Source of the DNA: Utricularia gibba
Taxonomy: Eukaryota; Plantae; Magnoliophyta
DNA: 64,000 nucleotides
NCBI GenBank assembly: GCA_002189035.1
Contig: CM007990.1
Coordinates: 5,270,001 to 5,334,000, forward strand
Direction: 5' to 3'
Under the pieces are notes generated by a model. It worked only from the letters and a program-made list of their open reading frames with translations, was not told the DNA's origin and searched no databases. This document shows positions 28,940 through 41,784 of this stretch, in pieces; within the stretch, counting starts at the first letter, position 1; every line of letters begins with the position of its first letter. The translations under genes were made by a program, and so were the position numbers.

Positions 28940-29802
28940 ATGAGGTCCGTTTTTGTGTCCCTGGTGTTTGCTCTTGTGTTGTCTGCTTCTGAATCGAGAT
29001 CGATTGTTTCTCACCCGGAGCCTCTATCGTCTATCGAAATCAACGCGACCCAGGTTATTGAATTTCATGAATCTTGTATTTTAGAAAGACTGTTTTTGTT
29101 CATTGTTTGCTCGTTTGAACACTAATTTTGGTGTGCAGAACGCTGGGACATGTCCTTTTTCAGTCAGCATCCGGACGAGCTGTTCTTCTACTAGATACAC
29201 TCGGGATAGTATCAGTCTTTCTTTTGGCGATGCCTATGGAAATCAGGTTTGGTTAAAAAGCGCAGAAGTTTGATATGATCATTTTTTGCAGTGATACTGA
29301 GCACTTTGTGATGTTGGATGAATGCCTGTGATGGTGTTTTTCTTTCTATAACCAATCTTTTGATGTATGAGAATCTGCGGAAAACGAAAATATTCAGACT
29401 TGGATGTTTGAATACAGTGCCTATGACATGCATCCTTTTAATTGCTTTTTACCTTAGTATTGTCTGGTCTTGTTTCAGACATTGTCTCGGAAATTAAAGT
29501 TTGCAGTTTAACACAGTTTGTATCTTCAGGTTTATGCTCCTAGACTTGATGATCCAGGATCAAGGACGTTTGAGCAGTGCTCCACAGACACATTTCAAAT
29601 CTACGGGCCCTGCACTTACCAAATATGCTACCTGTATCTCTACAGAAGTGGATACGATGGCTGGATTCCATATGATGTCACCGTCTCTGGGTACAATACT
29701 CAGCAGGTGAGTTTCTACTACAATGTGATCATCCCCGCAAACATCTGGTATGGATTTAACAACTGTTACCGCACTGGAGCCGCTTCTGTCAGTATGAAAT
29801 AA
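28940..29802 (+). CDS. Embryo-specific protein ATS3-like (secreted PLAT-related domain)
   Basis: Signal peptide; spliced product ...CPFSVSIRTSCSSTRYTRDSISLSFGDAYGNQ|VYAPRLDDP...TFEQCSTDTFQIYGPC...YRSGYDGW...WYGFNNC, three exons. Confidence 0.88.
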
Positions 29803-30307
29803 CGTTGTCTTGCTATATACAATCTGTGATTCTGATGGCCATATTATAGCCTTCTGGATGAGTCAATTGTCGGGCTCTGGTGTTCTGGAGCTCTCTTATG
29901 AGCCATTGGAAATGAGATGAGACATGCAATAAGTACTGCCCCTGATGTATACCTGTGTTTTTACCTTGAAATAAAAAGCTTGCTTCTCACGATCGCCATG
30001 CCTAGATGATTTTGTCAAGCTTCTTCTCTTTGTTCTAGCTGAGTTTTCAGATCTACAAGTGAGGGCTGAAAAAACCCAAGAGTCCAGTTTGAAATTCAGA
30101 CATGTTTCTTCTTCACCTGCAGTGTTCCAAGTTTTTTTCCAAGGATTCTTCATGGATGAATATGATTTTAGTCATCCGTACTCGTACGGAATAATGTGGG
30201 GAAAATAATATTTAATTAATATGTGAATAATGACGCCTATTAGGAATATCATCAGATACATTCATTCATTCCTCGGCAACTATCAATGCAGATGATTCAT
30301 TGTGTCT

Positions 30308-30935
30308 TCAGCTTCCACTAGAAGTATGAGAAGCGGTTGCGCCGTCGGCGGCCACGGTGTTCTTCATCTTCTCTTCCTCCTTCTCCCTCAAGGATCGAAT
30401 CGGGGAAACCCTCTACACGAAGAATTCACGAAAGGAGCATTTCAGAGTGTGAACAAGTGAATGAGTTCATGACGGTGAGAGGAGCGTGACTTACAAGGCA
30501 AGCTGATTTGATTTGCTTGAGCCGATACAAGCGATCCACCTCAATCTCCAGCTGGTTCTGCAGTTCACCTCTTTTCGAAACCTCGTCCATTTTCGAATCC
30601 AAGAAACGAACCCTCTGGTTCAGGAGCTGCTCGGTTGTCACCTTGTCCGCTCTCTGCCTCTCTAATTTCGCTCGGACGGATTTCAGCTCATCCGCCAACG
30701 ATGAGTCGAAGTGTCTCATATCCATGGGTGGTTGGGTTTTGGACTTGGGGTCGTAAATCGGAGGATTGCTGTTGTTCTCCTTGTTGGAGATGTGAATGGG
30801 GTGGATCTCGGATTGTTTCTTTGGAAGTGGGTTTTCGGTTGGAGTTTTGGATGGAGTATTCTTGGGTGCGAGTGGTCTGCGGCCGTGACTGTGGCGGTGG
30901 CCGACGGTTGGAGCTGAAGGAGGTGGCGACGACAT
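30308..30935 (-). CDS. Uncharacterised coiled-coil protein, resembling the N-terminal region of HMGB6-like proteins without HMG boxes
   Basis: KEN-containing disordered N-terminus and heptad-rich SLADEL...LEIEVDRLYRLK. Exons 30935-30495 and 30412-30308 (RVSPIRSLREKE...*), frame preserved. Confidence 0.75.
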
Positions 30936-31398
30936 TTGGCCTCTCTATCAATTCTGCGAGCGAAAGTATAGAAGAATAAAGGGGGACAGTGTCGGTGATT
31001 GGGGTTTGAATTTGAATCAAGGAGGGGGATTAACGGCTACTGTGGATCGTGTGGTCGTGATCAGATTTGAATGCTTTTCAAGCTCGAGTTCCAATACAAG
31101 CCGTGAACAGTGAGGATTAAAAAAAAAGTTCCAATGGGGACGACGATGCTCTTTTTCTTTCTACTTGTAGGCAAAAAATATCGTGGCAATTTTTATTTAT
31201 TGGGTTGGCCTTTCTTTGGTTTTCTTTTCCCTTGTTGAAAATATATACGTGGTCGCGACCAAAGATGGATGAAATTAGGGAGCTCTGGTCCTCATGCTGT
31301 GGATAACAAAGGACACTGATCATGGATCTCAGAAAACTGACGCGTGGATGGGCTTCTCTCATTAGGCTGAAGCAGTTAGAAGTTTACAGGTTTGCTTC

Positions 31399-33365
31399 AT
31401 GGCTTCTCTTCTATCTCCGGCGGTAGCTTCTTTTCATCAGGATTCAGAATCCATTAAACTAGGCAATTTGAGAAGCTTGAAGCATGCCCCACAACGCAAT
31501 TTCTGGGCCTGTGAATCCAGGAAGAGACTTGTCAAGTGTAATGCATTCCTGGAAGATGTGTTGAGTCAAGTCGTTTACCTGGACCAAACATTTCTCCAGT
31601 ATCCTCCGCTGAATCAGCTGGAGAGAGCTACAGATGAACTCCCAGAAGTTCAGAAATGGGGATTGTTGGTCCTTGCCGGAATTACTTGGATTTACTTGAC
31701 TGCTAGACCTGGTATTCTAATTGGCGCCGTTGATGCGTATATTTTTGCCCCTCTACAGGTGGGTTTAGACACTTTGATCGGGAGGAGGAGTTTGAAATCA
31801 GATGATTTCTTAATAGGGGACAAAGTGGGTGAAGGGTCATTCGGGGTTGTATATGCTGGGGTTATTATTCCCAAGAATGTTAATGCGGGTGAAGTTCCAC
31901 GCAGAAAATCTGGGAGAAAGTCTCTGTTAATGGATGAAAGATTCAAGCAGAAGGTTATAATGAAACGGGTAGGCATTGTAATTGATCGCAGCAGAATTTC
32001 TTTTGTGGTTGATTATTCATGTCTAAACTTCTTTTGGGTTTAGACAAGCTCAATGACCCTTTGTTCACTTCGGAGGCCAATGATGCTTTTTTAAAAAAAA
32101 ATTTCATTCTTTAGGTGAAGGTTGGAGTTCAGGGAGCTGTTGATTGTGGCGATTATGAAGAATGGTTTAACTACAGGCTATCGAGGGCTGCTCCTGAGAC
32201 GTGTGCTGAATTCCTTGGGACTTTTGTTGCTGATAAAACAGATGATGTGTACTTGAAGGGGGAGAAATGGCTTGTCTGGAAATATGAGGTATACTTCATT
32301 TCCATATATACTGTATTCTATGACATGTTTATTCTCAGGGAGCCATTTATTGGTTACCCGCTTCTGTTATGAGATCTCCTGTTTGATCTCTATCGGAACA
32401 CATATAGGTGTTGTAACCAACTTTGACTCTCTTTTCTAATGACTTAAAATAAGTTGATAAAGATCAAGCTCAATATGCATTTGCTTTTGCTTCTTGTTCC
32501 CATGGTTTCATTTTTGTTGCGCTTTATCATCATGCAGGGGGATTTAAACTTGGGGGATTACATAAGGGACCCAAGCTTTCCCTTGAATCTAGAGAGAGTC
32601 ATGTTTGGACGTGCTTTACAGGGTGTGGACTCAGTTAAGCGCAGTGCCTTAATCATCAAGCAGATAATGCGTCAAATTATCACTTCCCTGAAGAAAATCC
32701 ACAACACAGGAATAGTGCACCGGGATGTGAAGCCGTCGAACTTGGTTGTGACAAAGAAGGGCAAGATCAAGCTCATAGATTTTGGGGCCGCAACAGATCT
32801 TCGAATAGGCAAGAACTATACTCCAGACAGAACCTTGCTTGATCCTGACTATTGTCCACCTGAACTTTACGTAATGCCTGAGCAAACTCCAAATCCACCT
32901 CCTGAACCTATTGCAGCCATGTTCTCCCCTATCCTGTGGCAGGTACATTTTGCAACTTTAGTCTGTTTTCTTTTGGGCCTGATGTTCTAGTGATCTGATC
33001 CGAGTGTGTCGTCATTGTTGCAGCTAAATAGTCCAGATCTTTTTGACATGTATTCTGCTGGAATAGTGCTGCTTCAAATGGCCATACCATCTCTACGGTC
33101 GACTTCAGGTCTCAAGAATTTCAACATGGAACTGAAAACATATGGCTATGACTTGAACGAATGGAGAGAAAAGACTCGAAGGAATCCGGATCTCTCGGTC
33201 CTCGATATGGACTCCGGCAGAGGATGGGATTTGGCCACAAAGCTTATATCGGAGAGAGGGTTTTTCCAGAGAGGAAGGTTATCTGCAGCAGCTGCCTTGA
33301 GACACCCATATTTTCTTCTGGGTGGTGATCAGGCAGCTGCTGTTCTCTCAAGACTCAGTTTGTAA
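31399..33365 (+). CDS. STN8: Chloroplast thylakoid Ser/Thr kinase STN8
   Basis: MASLLSPA transit peptide, YLTARPGILIGAVDAY, GEGSFGVVY, YEEWFNYRLSRAAPETCAEFLG, HRDVKPSN, DFG and C-terminal RHPYFLLGGDQAAAVLSRL. Four exons. Confidence 0.96.
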
Positions 33366-34256
33366 GAATCACTCGCAGTTGATGACCGAAGCTTTTGCAA
33401 ATACTTTTTCGGCTTATACAGAGAAATAAGCATGTCTGGAGCTCGCCAAAACACTTCAGCCTCATTGGCAATGGCAAGAGGAGGAGGAAGTTCGCCCAGG
33501 CAACTGATGGGACGACGGCGGCACTGTGGGACCCACACGGTTCCTGCCTCCACCGGCGCTCCTCTCGTATATCTTTGTCGGCCGCTATCGCCGCCTTCAA
33601 TGCGTTGGCACCACCGCCCTTGCCAAGCTGTCCTGAAATTCGCACTTTTCAGTCCATATCCCACGTGTACGGCAATTAATCCTCTGGGGTTATGATCATA
33701 ACGAACGTTTTAGCAAATTTAAGCAACCGCTGCTTCTTGGATCTATGTGCTTAACGTCCAGTGCCGGTAAACCATCCCATTTACCCCTCTTCTTGCTCTG
33801 GGTAACTTGGACTCTGTTTCCATTCTCCGCCTCATTTTCATCTCTTTACTGCTTCTCGTCTCGAATTCTTGTATACCCAGAAGCCCATGCCTTTCTTTTC
33901 TCTGTTTGTGGTTGCAGTTGAGTTGAAGTTAGAATTTTCGGGTTCCAATTGCTGATATTTCAGGTATTTCTTGTTTTTATCTTCGTAGACAAGGTGGGTT
34001 TTGCACGGATCTGAACCGGTTCAGTGAAACTCTTCAGATCGGATTCTTTGGGACCTCCCTTTTCTTCTTGGGTTGAGTTTGAGTCAACTGCATTACGTTG
34101 GGTTTTCTTGTATTCCTTTTTGTTTTTTTGGGTTGATTTTCTTATTTTTTTAGTCATTTTTTTTCGTCGCTTTCACGCACTTTCAGATACGTCAATGTGC
34201 TTTCTTCTTCTTCGTTTTTTCAGATTTTCTGGGCTGTATACAGTGCTTTACCATAG

Positions 34257-36901
34257 ATGAAGAAGAGAAACAAGCCTTTGCTGGTTTGGGATTTTGGTCT
34301 TCTGTTGCTCTTGTACGTTGCTGGTCTTGTGTCTGCAGCTAATTATGTTCCAACAGACAAGATTTTCTTGAATTGTGGAGGCCCTGCTGATTCTAGTGAT
34401 GCTGATGGGCAGACTTGGACTTCAGATATTGGCTCCAAGTTTTTATTATCTAGCACTAGATCATTCCCTGCTTCAGCATCTGTGCAGCTGCCTGATGTTC
34501 CTCAGGTCCCTTATATGACTGCCAGGGTTTTCGAGTCCGAATTCACGTATTCATTCCCAGTTTCTTCTGGCCACAAGTTTGTTCGTTTGTATTTCTACCC
34601 TGCATCTTACAATGGTCGAAATGCTTCTGATGCATTCTTCTCCGTGACTTGTGGGGATACACCCTTTTGAGCAACTTCAGCGCTGCTCTTGTCTCAGCAT
34701 CTTTGAACTATGACTACATTGTGAAGGAATACTCTGTTAATGCCCCCTTGGAGGTGTTGAATATCACATTTATGCCTTCGGCTAATGCATCAAACTCGTA
34801 TGCATATGTTAATGGAATTGAGGTGGTATCCCATCCTGATATATATAGTTCAGATGGAAGAATATCTGTGGTTGGACAAGCTTCAGGTTTTACTATTGAC
34901 AACAGTACAGCTCTTGAGAATGTGTATCGTCTGAATGTTGGTGGAAATGTGATTTCACCCTCAGGGGATACAGGCTTGTTTAGATCATGGAGCGATGACT
35001 CGAATTATATTTTTAGTGCAGCAAATGGAGTTACAGAATCTCTTGATCAGGATATGAAGATTACTTTTCCTACAGGAACCCCAAGCTATATTGCACCTAT
35101 GGATATGTATGCTACTCTGAGATCAATGGGGCCAAATGCATCTGTCAATGTGAACTACAATCTAACTTGGGTGTTTGATGTCGACTCGGGCTTCTCCTAC
35201 CTCATTAGGCTTCATTTCTGTGAGATCACTGATGTCATCACCAAGGTAAACCAGAGGGTTTTTAGCATTTTTTTGAACAACCAAAATGCAGAGCGAGAAG
35301 CAGATGTGATTGCATGGGCAGGGGGTCCTGGGACACCCTTTCACAAGGATTACATTGTTGTTTTTCCAAATGGACCTCCAAGGCAGCAGCTTTGGCTTGA
35401 TTTACATCCCAACACCATTACCTTGCCTCAATATTATGATGCTGTATTGAATGGGTTGGAAATTTTTAAGATCAATACTAGCAATGGAAACCTTGCTGGT
35501 GCTAATCCGGAACCACTTCCTCAGCCGCCAGTGGATACCTCTAACCACTTTCGAGGATCACATAATGCTCACAGATCTGCCATTTTGGGAGGTGCTGTGG
35601 GAGGAATTGCAGCATTCCTTGTTATTGGCTTGGCTGTATCTCTTGTGTCGAGGAGGACATGGAAAAAGGATTCTGTATCCAGTGATGGTTGGCTTCCCCT
35701 GTCTCTGTATGGAAACTCGCATTCGTCAGGATCAGCCAAGACAACTACTACAGGCAGCATTGCTTCATCCCTTCCTTCAAACCTTTGCCGACACTTCTCA
35801 ATTGCTGAGATTAAAGCTGCCACCAATGACTTTGATGAGGCTCTTCTCCTTGGAGTTGGTGGTTTTGGGAAAGTATACCGTGGAGATGTTGATAGTGGCA
35901 CAAAAGTTGCGATAAAGCGAGGGAATCCCCTGTCCGAGCAGGGTGTTCATGAATTCCAAACCGAGATTGAGATGCTCTCTAAACTCCGACACCGGCACCT
36001 GGTTTCCCTGATAGGGTACTGTGAAGAGAACTGTGAAATGATCCTCGTCTACGATTACATGGCTTATGGGACTCTTCGTGAGCATCTGTACAAGACCCAA
36101 AAGCCACCATTGCCTTGGAGGCAGAGGCTTGAGATTTGCATTGGTGCAGCTCGGGGTTTACACTACCTGCACACTGGTGCAAAGCATACTATAATCCACA
36201 GAGATGTGAAGACGACAAACATTCTCTTGGATGAAAAGTGGGTGGCCAAGGTTTCGGATTTCGGCCTGTCGAAAACCGGCCCTTCTCTGGATCACACCCA
36301 TGTAAGCACAGTTGTGAAAGGAAGTTTTGGCTATCTTGATCCTGAGTACTTCAGAAGACAGCATCTGACCGAAAAATCAGATGTATACTCTTTCGGGGTT
36401 GTTCTTTTCGAGGTGTTGTGTGCTCGCCCTGCTTTAAACCCAACCCTGCCAAAGGAACAAGTCAGCTTGGCTGAATGGGCTGTGCAGTGCCACAAGAAGG
36501 GCACGTTGGACCAGATGATTGATCCTTATCTCAAGGGAAAGATAGCATCAGAGTGCTTCAAGAAGTATACTGAGACGGCAGTGAAATGCGTCTCAGATTT
36601 TGGAACGGATCGACCTGCCATGGGAGATGTGTTATGGAACCTTGAGTTTGCTCTGCAGCTCCAGGAAAGTGCAGAGGAAAGTGGGCTGATTCCTAAAGCT
36701 GGGGAGGTCGAAGAATTTGAAGATCAGTGCAAAGGGAAGAAGGATGCAGACTCATCACCGGGTTATGGTGGTACCACTACCGAGTCAAAAAGCAGCGGAA
36801 CAACACTCAGCACCAGCGGCCAAAGTCTCATCAGTGAGAGCTCCGATGGGCCAACTCCAAGCGCTGTGTTTTCAGAGATTATGAATCCAAAGGGCAGGTA
36901 A
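34257..36901 (+). CDS. FER: CrRLK1L receptor kinase FERONIA with an apparent 1-nt deletion frameshift
   Basis: Signal peptide, tandem malectin-like domains ([32 protein letters not shown]), TM helix, [26 protein letters not shown], the kinase domain and C-terminal [12 protein letters not shown]. Intronless. The frame breaks at the G4 run 34653-34656; one extra G gives [13 protein letters not shown]. Confidence 0.95.
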
Positions 36902-37215
36902 GTTGACAAGGTTGTTCTTTTATCCTCAAATCGAGTCTATTAACCAAGATACTTATGGTTTTGTGGAATTCGGACGCACAATGTATTTGTGAATTAAGAT
37001 CCTATACTGATACCCATTCCTTTGTTCACCTCTTGAGCTTGTTGAATAATTTCCTTTGTGTTAATCAGAAAACTTGGGTTATATAACGTAGAGTTAGTAC
37101 ATACATACACAGATACTGAGTTGGATTTCCAGATGAAAACAAGCACAAGGCCTCTCCAGACAACATTATTAAGCACTTACAGACAGAATGCAGTTGTTTA
37201 GGGAACAAAAGGTAG

Positions 37216-37951
37216 CTAGCTCTGGGATAGCGTCTGGTTCTCAAGAATGGCAGTCAATTTCTTCTGCAGTTCCGGTTTGTTAGCTCCGACAAGCTTGTCT
37301 AGTTGCTGACCATCTTTGAGGAAGAAGAAAGTTGGAGTTGCTTTTATGTCCCATGAAGTGCTAAAATCCTATACCGAAGAAATGTTCAGGAAAACGTCTC
37401 CTGTGATTGATTCATACGGCACAGACAGGAAGAACAACTCACAGTAAGTTCATCAACATCCACAGCCAAAAACATAGCTGAAGGGTACTTCTCAGATAGC
37501 TCAACAAAGTAAGGCGCAATCATTCTACAAGGGTCACACCATTCAGCACTAAAATTTGCAATCACCTGGTCCAAATAACCAGTCAGAAGCTAAATCACTC
37601 CACAAAAAAACAGCTCAAAGCAAGGAAACTCCATTAGCAACTCAAAATGCATCTCAGGAACAGAGATTATGAATGGACTAGAAAATGTTAGTCTCACAAT
37701 TTTCCCATCCCTCTGAGCCTCAGCAATTTTCTGTTCCCAACTTTCCATTGTTCTAATCATCTCCACATTTCCACCAGCAAAATGAACATGACTATCATCT
37801 GCATCCTGCTTCTTGGGCTACAGTACAAATGATTCAGAATAGCAGCTTGGTAGCCCATTGCGCGATAAATAACTACAAGGGAGTCATAACGCTTCCCAAA
37901 TTGGCATATCTGTGAAAACTTTCTCCTTACCTTAACGATACAGATGCCCAT
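37216..37951 (-). CDS. Thioredoxin h, subgroup with N-terminal MGxC (Trx h9-like), active site WCDPC
   Basis: Exons 37951-37931, 37817-37698, 37565-37443 and 37368-37216 give MGICIVKPKK...FAGGNV...[18 protein letters not shown]...[30 protein letters not shown]. All junctions are phase 0. Confidence 0.92.
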
Positions 37952-39051
37952 TCGGCCCTGCTTCCCAGAATCTTTAAAAGCTATCTAAAACAACCTGAAG
38001 CACAACACGTGAACCAGAAAAGGAAGAGACGAACCCGCAACAACAAAATTAGTAAATGATCAGCTCACGATAACGCAGAAACAGAAATCACCACATCCAC
38101 TAAAGATTAAATTACCCCCACATAAAGTGAAAACAGAGAGTTGAAATACGGTACACAGAATGAGGATAACCCATGATCCGAAAATCGAATACATATATAA
38201 AAAAAAATGTTACCTTTGGACCCAGGTGGATAGAAAAATTGATGACAACGAGATCATGAAAGTGTAGATTGAATTGTTTTCTGTCTTTGTTGATTCGCTT
38301 TACATCTGCATCTACGCGTCGCTATCCCTTTTCCAGAAGTCTGGAGAAATTTTACAAGGCGAATTTGAGGGGATTTTGTAGAAAACTATTACAGCAGAAG
38401 ACAACGCCTGTGGAGCCCGTTCGTGTTGGTTCCAAAAAGAAATTGTAATTTCTCAAATATAATTTTTATTAAAAACGGGAAATGGTAGATTAAATTAAAA
38501 AAGTAATTTATTATAAATCGTGCAATTTATTTATACGGTATATATATGAATCCTGCCGCTCCTGGGCGTGAAATTAAACGCATCGCGGCGCTTCTTCAGA
38601 TCTTGCTAACGCTGTAGCTCTACATCGCTGCGCAGATTCTTCGATTTCAGAGGAGGATTTGTTTGGAGGATTACTTCGATTAAATGCAGTTTGGTTTTTG
38701 AATCTGCTTCATCGTTTATTGGTCGTCTTCATTTCCGCTTGCTGCTGTTGCTTCGGTATTTTGCTTGAATCCAGGCTTCACACTGTCAATGAGCGGTGCT
38801 TTTGATTTATGTTGTTACACTGGAAATCGGAGTTTTGTCGAGCTGATTTGATTTCATGCTGCTTTGCATATTCATCGGTTGGAGAGTTTTCATTTGATTT
38901 TGTGAAACGCGCTGGGTTTTGGATCGATTTTCTATCTGATTATCTTCGAGGTATTCGGATCTGTGTATTGATTCTAGTTTTGCATGCTATCAGCTCCGTT
39001 GCAGATTGATAGCGGTGGAATTAGGATTCGTGGTGTATTATTAATTTTGTG

Positions 39052-41566
39052 ATGGATAATGATAAGAAGAAGAAGAAGAGAAATAAGAAAAACAAGAACA
39101 AGAATTTCAATAGCGCAGTAGAGCATGTGGCCGTTGATGATAAAGAATTAAATGCTGGAGCTCAAAGTCAATCTGCCGACACTGGACAAGATAGTGATAG
39201 TCAGGTGTCGGTGAATATTGATGCAGATTCTGATGGACATCTTAGAAATGGAACTGCTGTAAGTTTTTATGTAACAAGTAACTATGAGCACACATGAATG
39301 ATACGTGTATTCCTGTGAGTTTGTTCTTGTTTGTGTTAAAGGTGGCTGTCTTTATTTTGACATTTTGTGATCCGGGATCCGTTTGCAGATAAAATTACCC
39401 ATGACAGAAGAAAAATCCTGGCTTGATAGAGAGGTGTGGACAAAGTGATACTTCCATCAAGTTTGTTACCTGGTTTATTGCTTTTTTGAAAATTACTTCC
39501 ATTTTCCCTGTGCACCGTTATTATTGGGGAAAAAAAGAAACTAACATTCTGCTGCAAAGTGTACGTTCTTTGAGATGTTATAAAACCAGTGTCCTCTATG
39601 AAATCCTTTTGATTTCAGTTTCCCTTTGTTGTTTTATAGTCACTTTAAAAGTCTTGTCACTTGTGATTATCAACTGTTTTCCTTGGTGTAGGTATGACTT
39701 CTGGATTTACTAACACATTTTTGTGGTCGCCTACAGGCTTTTCTTGAGGCAAGGATCAACCAGTTACTGAAGGAAAAGGATGTTTATCATCACATGCAGG
39801 CCAGTTTCCTTGTGATGTGCGTTTATATAATATTTTTTGTCGGAAGGAGCTGACAGCATACTGGCTGTGTATTTTCCTAAGCAGATTACCCAGAAAGAGG
39901 CAATTGAACAACTGCATGAAGAAAAGAATGCATCCATCGAAAGAGAGGTAGAAATAGCGACTCTCACATCTAATGATGTTTACCTTTAGATGTGACATTT
40001 TGAAGATGGGGCTGTACCACTTATTATTACAACTAACTCTTGAGGACATATTTACACATGATAATAGTTTCCTTGCAGGCCCGTCTTATGGAAAATGTTG
40101 TAAAGCTGAATGAGCAAACAGGTGCACTGATGTTGAGACAGGTGGAGTTTGAGGATAAAATTCTGGAATCGCAACATACTCCCCATGCTTGCACATATTT
40201 TTAAAGCGTTTTCAATGAAACTGATGCTTTGTAAGTGTTAACAGGGTAATTTGGAACAGACGATTCGACAATTGGAGAGGGAAATAGATGAACACCAGCA
40301 GAAAGCGGTAATGCAGGATTATTACAGTTCCACATCTAACTTCAATAAATGTCATCTTGCCTCACTCGAGCACTTTATTTTAAGCACGCCAGAACTCTTA
40401 TGTTCATTGTGGTAGTTTGAATGTGGCAGAACTCCGACAACGAGTCAATAGTCAACCTGACTGTTCAGATAACAAGATTACAATCACAGGTACCAAACAC
40501 AGTGATGTTCACCCTGATCCTGCTGCAGTAATGTTACTTTTTTTATGTTCTGATACTGGCAGGTGACTGAGTTGGAGCATTCAAGGGACAGTCTTATAGA
40601 AGAAAAACAAGTATTGACTGGACTTATTAACGGTCTAGAATTGCGGATAAAAACTCTTGAATGTTCTGATGGCACCCAAAACTTCTCCGTTAATAAAAAA
40701 ATGGTAACATACTTTTCACATTTTTTTTCTCACCTGCCAATTTGTATTACACTGAAGTACTATTTTTCCTTGGCATTTTCGAGAAAGGATGTGCTTGGCT
40801 TCACCATGTTACTTTTCTTTTCTGAATTAGATTCCTGAAGATCTAGATCTGGACCACAGTACAGTAGCCACAAATGCAATTATTGAAAATTTGATTCCTG
40901 AAAGCTCACACCTCACTGAGAAGGTTCGTGAATATCTGTAATTTACCATGACTTACGATTTATCATATGCTGAACTTGGATTCTAGTACACATCCTGCAT
41001 CTACCACAAACTAAGCACAAAAGCGCACAATCCGAGTTTCTTGAGAAGCAAATGTGGTCATGACGAATGAAATATATTTTCAGGTGTCCAATGAAGTTGG
41101 CGTCTCACCCCTCGGCTCCATTCAGGGAACCGCAATCAACAGCTCACATGACATCTCAGTTTCAGTACATGATTCAACAGTTAGAGGTCATGATATCCAG
41201 AGACCTGTACCGGTAGTTGCCACACTACCCCATGTTAGCAAGCTGATGCCTTTCTCAAGCAGTACTCAATCGTTGGAAGATGTTCTGCTCGAAGACGAGG
41301 ACATTAAGCATTTTAATCCTAATGGACTCACATTCAGCAAGTCAAGTGAAATAGAGGAGGTAGATGATGAAAATGTTGTTCAGGTACCACCCACAGACCG
41401 TGAAGTCCAGAAAACCATGTTGGAGGCAACTCAGTACGACGAGACGTCGGATGTCCCTCTGACCGAGGCTCCACTGATTGGGGCTCCATTCCGCTTCATT
41501 TCCTTTGTTGCCAGGTACGTCAGTGGAGCTGATCTAGTAGCCAACACCGGTCAAAAACCAGGTTAA
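39052..41566 (+). CDS. Uncharacterised coiled-coil protein (At2g38580-like, from memory)
   Basis: Lys-rich start MDNDKKKKKRNKK, many short coiled-coil exons and the conserved C-terminus VPLTEAPLIGAPFRFISFVARYVSGADL. Internal exon boundaries were not fully resolved. Confidence 0.75.
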
Positions 41567-41784
41567 CATTTTTATTTCATTATATTCACGAGACAAGGAA
41601 AAGGAAGTTATTTAGAAACTTTTCTTTGCTTGTAAAATATGGGTACTGCAACTGCAGTGTTTCAGCCATACACAGCTTGGAGCAGAAAATGTTGATTCAT
41701 TTTGTTGTATCGGAAGTATAAACAGTGTTGCTTTTGTCCATTCAAAAGAGTACAATGATGTGCTTTTTGACATATATCACCATT

